Shown in pieces: positions 62,453-64,000 of a stretch of DNA of 64,000 bases (the first letter of the stretch is position 1; each line of letters starts with the position of its first letter). The position numbers and the translations under genes were made by a program. This DNA is from Sphaerodactylus townsendi (taxonomy: Eukaryota). Below the pieces are notes generated by a model. It did not search any database, was not told where the DNA came from, and worked only from the letters and a program-made list of their open reading frames with translations. The DNA is taken from assembly GCF_021028975.2 (NCBI RefSeq), contig NC_059426.1, positions 44,578,001-44,642,000 on the forward strand, given 5' to 3'.

Positions 62453-64000
62453 TCAGTTAAAAGCCAGCATATTTAGAACAAAGACAGTTTACCCTCCTAA
62501 ACAGTTTACTGATTTTTTTGATCCAGATTGCATTCAATGTATTTGAAGGAAAAATAGAGCTCAGTGGGTGTATGCTCACATACAGATACAAATATGCTGA
62601 TGCAATTGGCCATTAGGGGAAGTGAATTATGTGCTTCCCTTATTCCTATTCAGTCCATTTCCCTATTCCTTGAGATATGTTCCCTTCTAGACTAATATAT
62701 AGGGCGAGAAGGTGTATGGCTGGATGAGGATGGGTAAGGCATGCACAGGCCTCTCATTGCCTCTAACATCTCCTTGTGCAGCAAAAGTGTGCAGCAAGAC
62801 TTTATTAATATCCCCCATGTGCTAAAGTATGAGTGGATTTTGCCGAAGGAGTATACTGTAATAGCTTGTTCTTAAGAATAGACCCTCAAGAAAAAAGGCT
62901 GCAAATATAGAGGCAAGCCTCCTAAAAGATGGATGGGCATGCAGGAAGAAAGCTAGAGCCAAAAAGAGAATGGTGGACCAAGGAAAGGGCTAGTTGGGAT
63001 TACCAAATCCATTCAGCCACATCTGGCTGTCCATCATTGACAAGCTCCCACTATTTAGAATCCATCTTTCAGTCAAGGCCACAGGGATGGGCTTCAAAAA
63101 TACCAGACTGCCTGGACCCAGAGAAGGTGGCATTGAGGCAATAGACATTGGTGGACATGATACCAAGTCAAAGGGACAAAAAGACAGAAGAAGCTAGGGA
63201 CAAAGGGAAAGAAGAAGTGGGCATTGCCACTTACCCATTTGACTGCCATCCAAAATACAAACAATACTCACTGTGAAATGCATATTTCTTCAAATAATTT
63301 GGTGGCATTCTTTATAAAACTATTTGGGAACATGGCCCATAAAATTCAAACAATAAATTGGATCTCAACAGCTTTTCTTCTGGTGAAAAGAGGGAGCAAG
63401 TGGTCCCCTTTGACCACTAAAAAGGCTGTGCTAGGGGATCATAATACTTTCATTGACAAATATGAGGGTGTAGTAAAGAAGGGAATGAGGTAAAACTAAG
63501 TGAAAACCCTGGGTAAATCCAAGCCTGTGATCCTACAATATTCACTGATAGCACACAAGAAAATTACATTTTGAAATCCTAGTCAAGTGTTTATGTTACC
63601 AGTGTTTGCACGATCTTCCAGACACACACAATATTGATCTAAGTATGGGATGATTTGCAGATTTTGACCAATAATGTGCAGGGTTTAAATATATTCCCCA
63701 GATTGCAACTGAACTATCGCTAAAGTGGAAAACATTTCATGTATTCTGAAAGGGAGAGGTGTTGGATAAAACTGATTAGAGATGAAGCACTCTTTTCAGA
63801 TCTCCTGAGATCCAAATACATCCCTTGTGCACTGACCATCTTTTTTACCCTCAAGGCAGCATTTTGGTTTTCAAATCATTTAATCTATTTAGTGCGGCAG
63901 AACAGAATGAAAAAAGGAGAACCTGGCAGGAAGCTCTGTAGCCTTTTACAACAATTGTCTGTTTGGCTGTGCTGCCTCATAAGCAAGTGGTCTAAAATCC

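Overview
Vertebrate nuclear DNA, most likely from a gecko or other squamate, judged from the tRNA-derived Squam-type SINEs, 5S/Sauria SINEs, L2/CR1/RTE-X LINE fragments and hAT/PIF-Harbinger MITEs. I find no recognisable intact protein-coding gene. The short ORFs are either LINE remnants or noise, so the window looks like a gene desert or a very large intron. It holds many non-autonomous DNA transposons (many with intact 8-bp or 3-bp target-site duplications), truncated LINEs, SINEs, two or three LTR-like relics, microsatellites, three N gaps and several repeat-free AT-rich stretches that may be conserved non-coding elements. The most striking structure is a ~513-bp near-perfect palindrome (4266-4778; ~201-bp arms with 2 mismatches and an inner hairpin). 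It sits ~50 bp from a Helitron-like 3' terminus and carries two more copies of that terminal hairpin motif. Other points of interest are a 1.1-kb hAT element with promoter- and splice-donor-like cargo, a 203-bp GC-rich insert between 25-bp exact direct repeats, a possible fossil Harbinger transposase fragment, nested insertions and a 113-bp tandem array next to a fold-back. All family names come from motif recognition by eye and need confirmation with Dfam/RepeatMasker.
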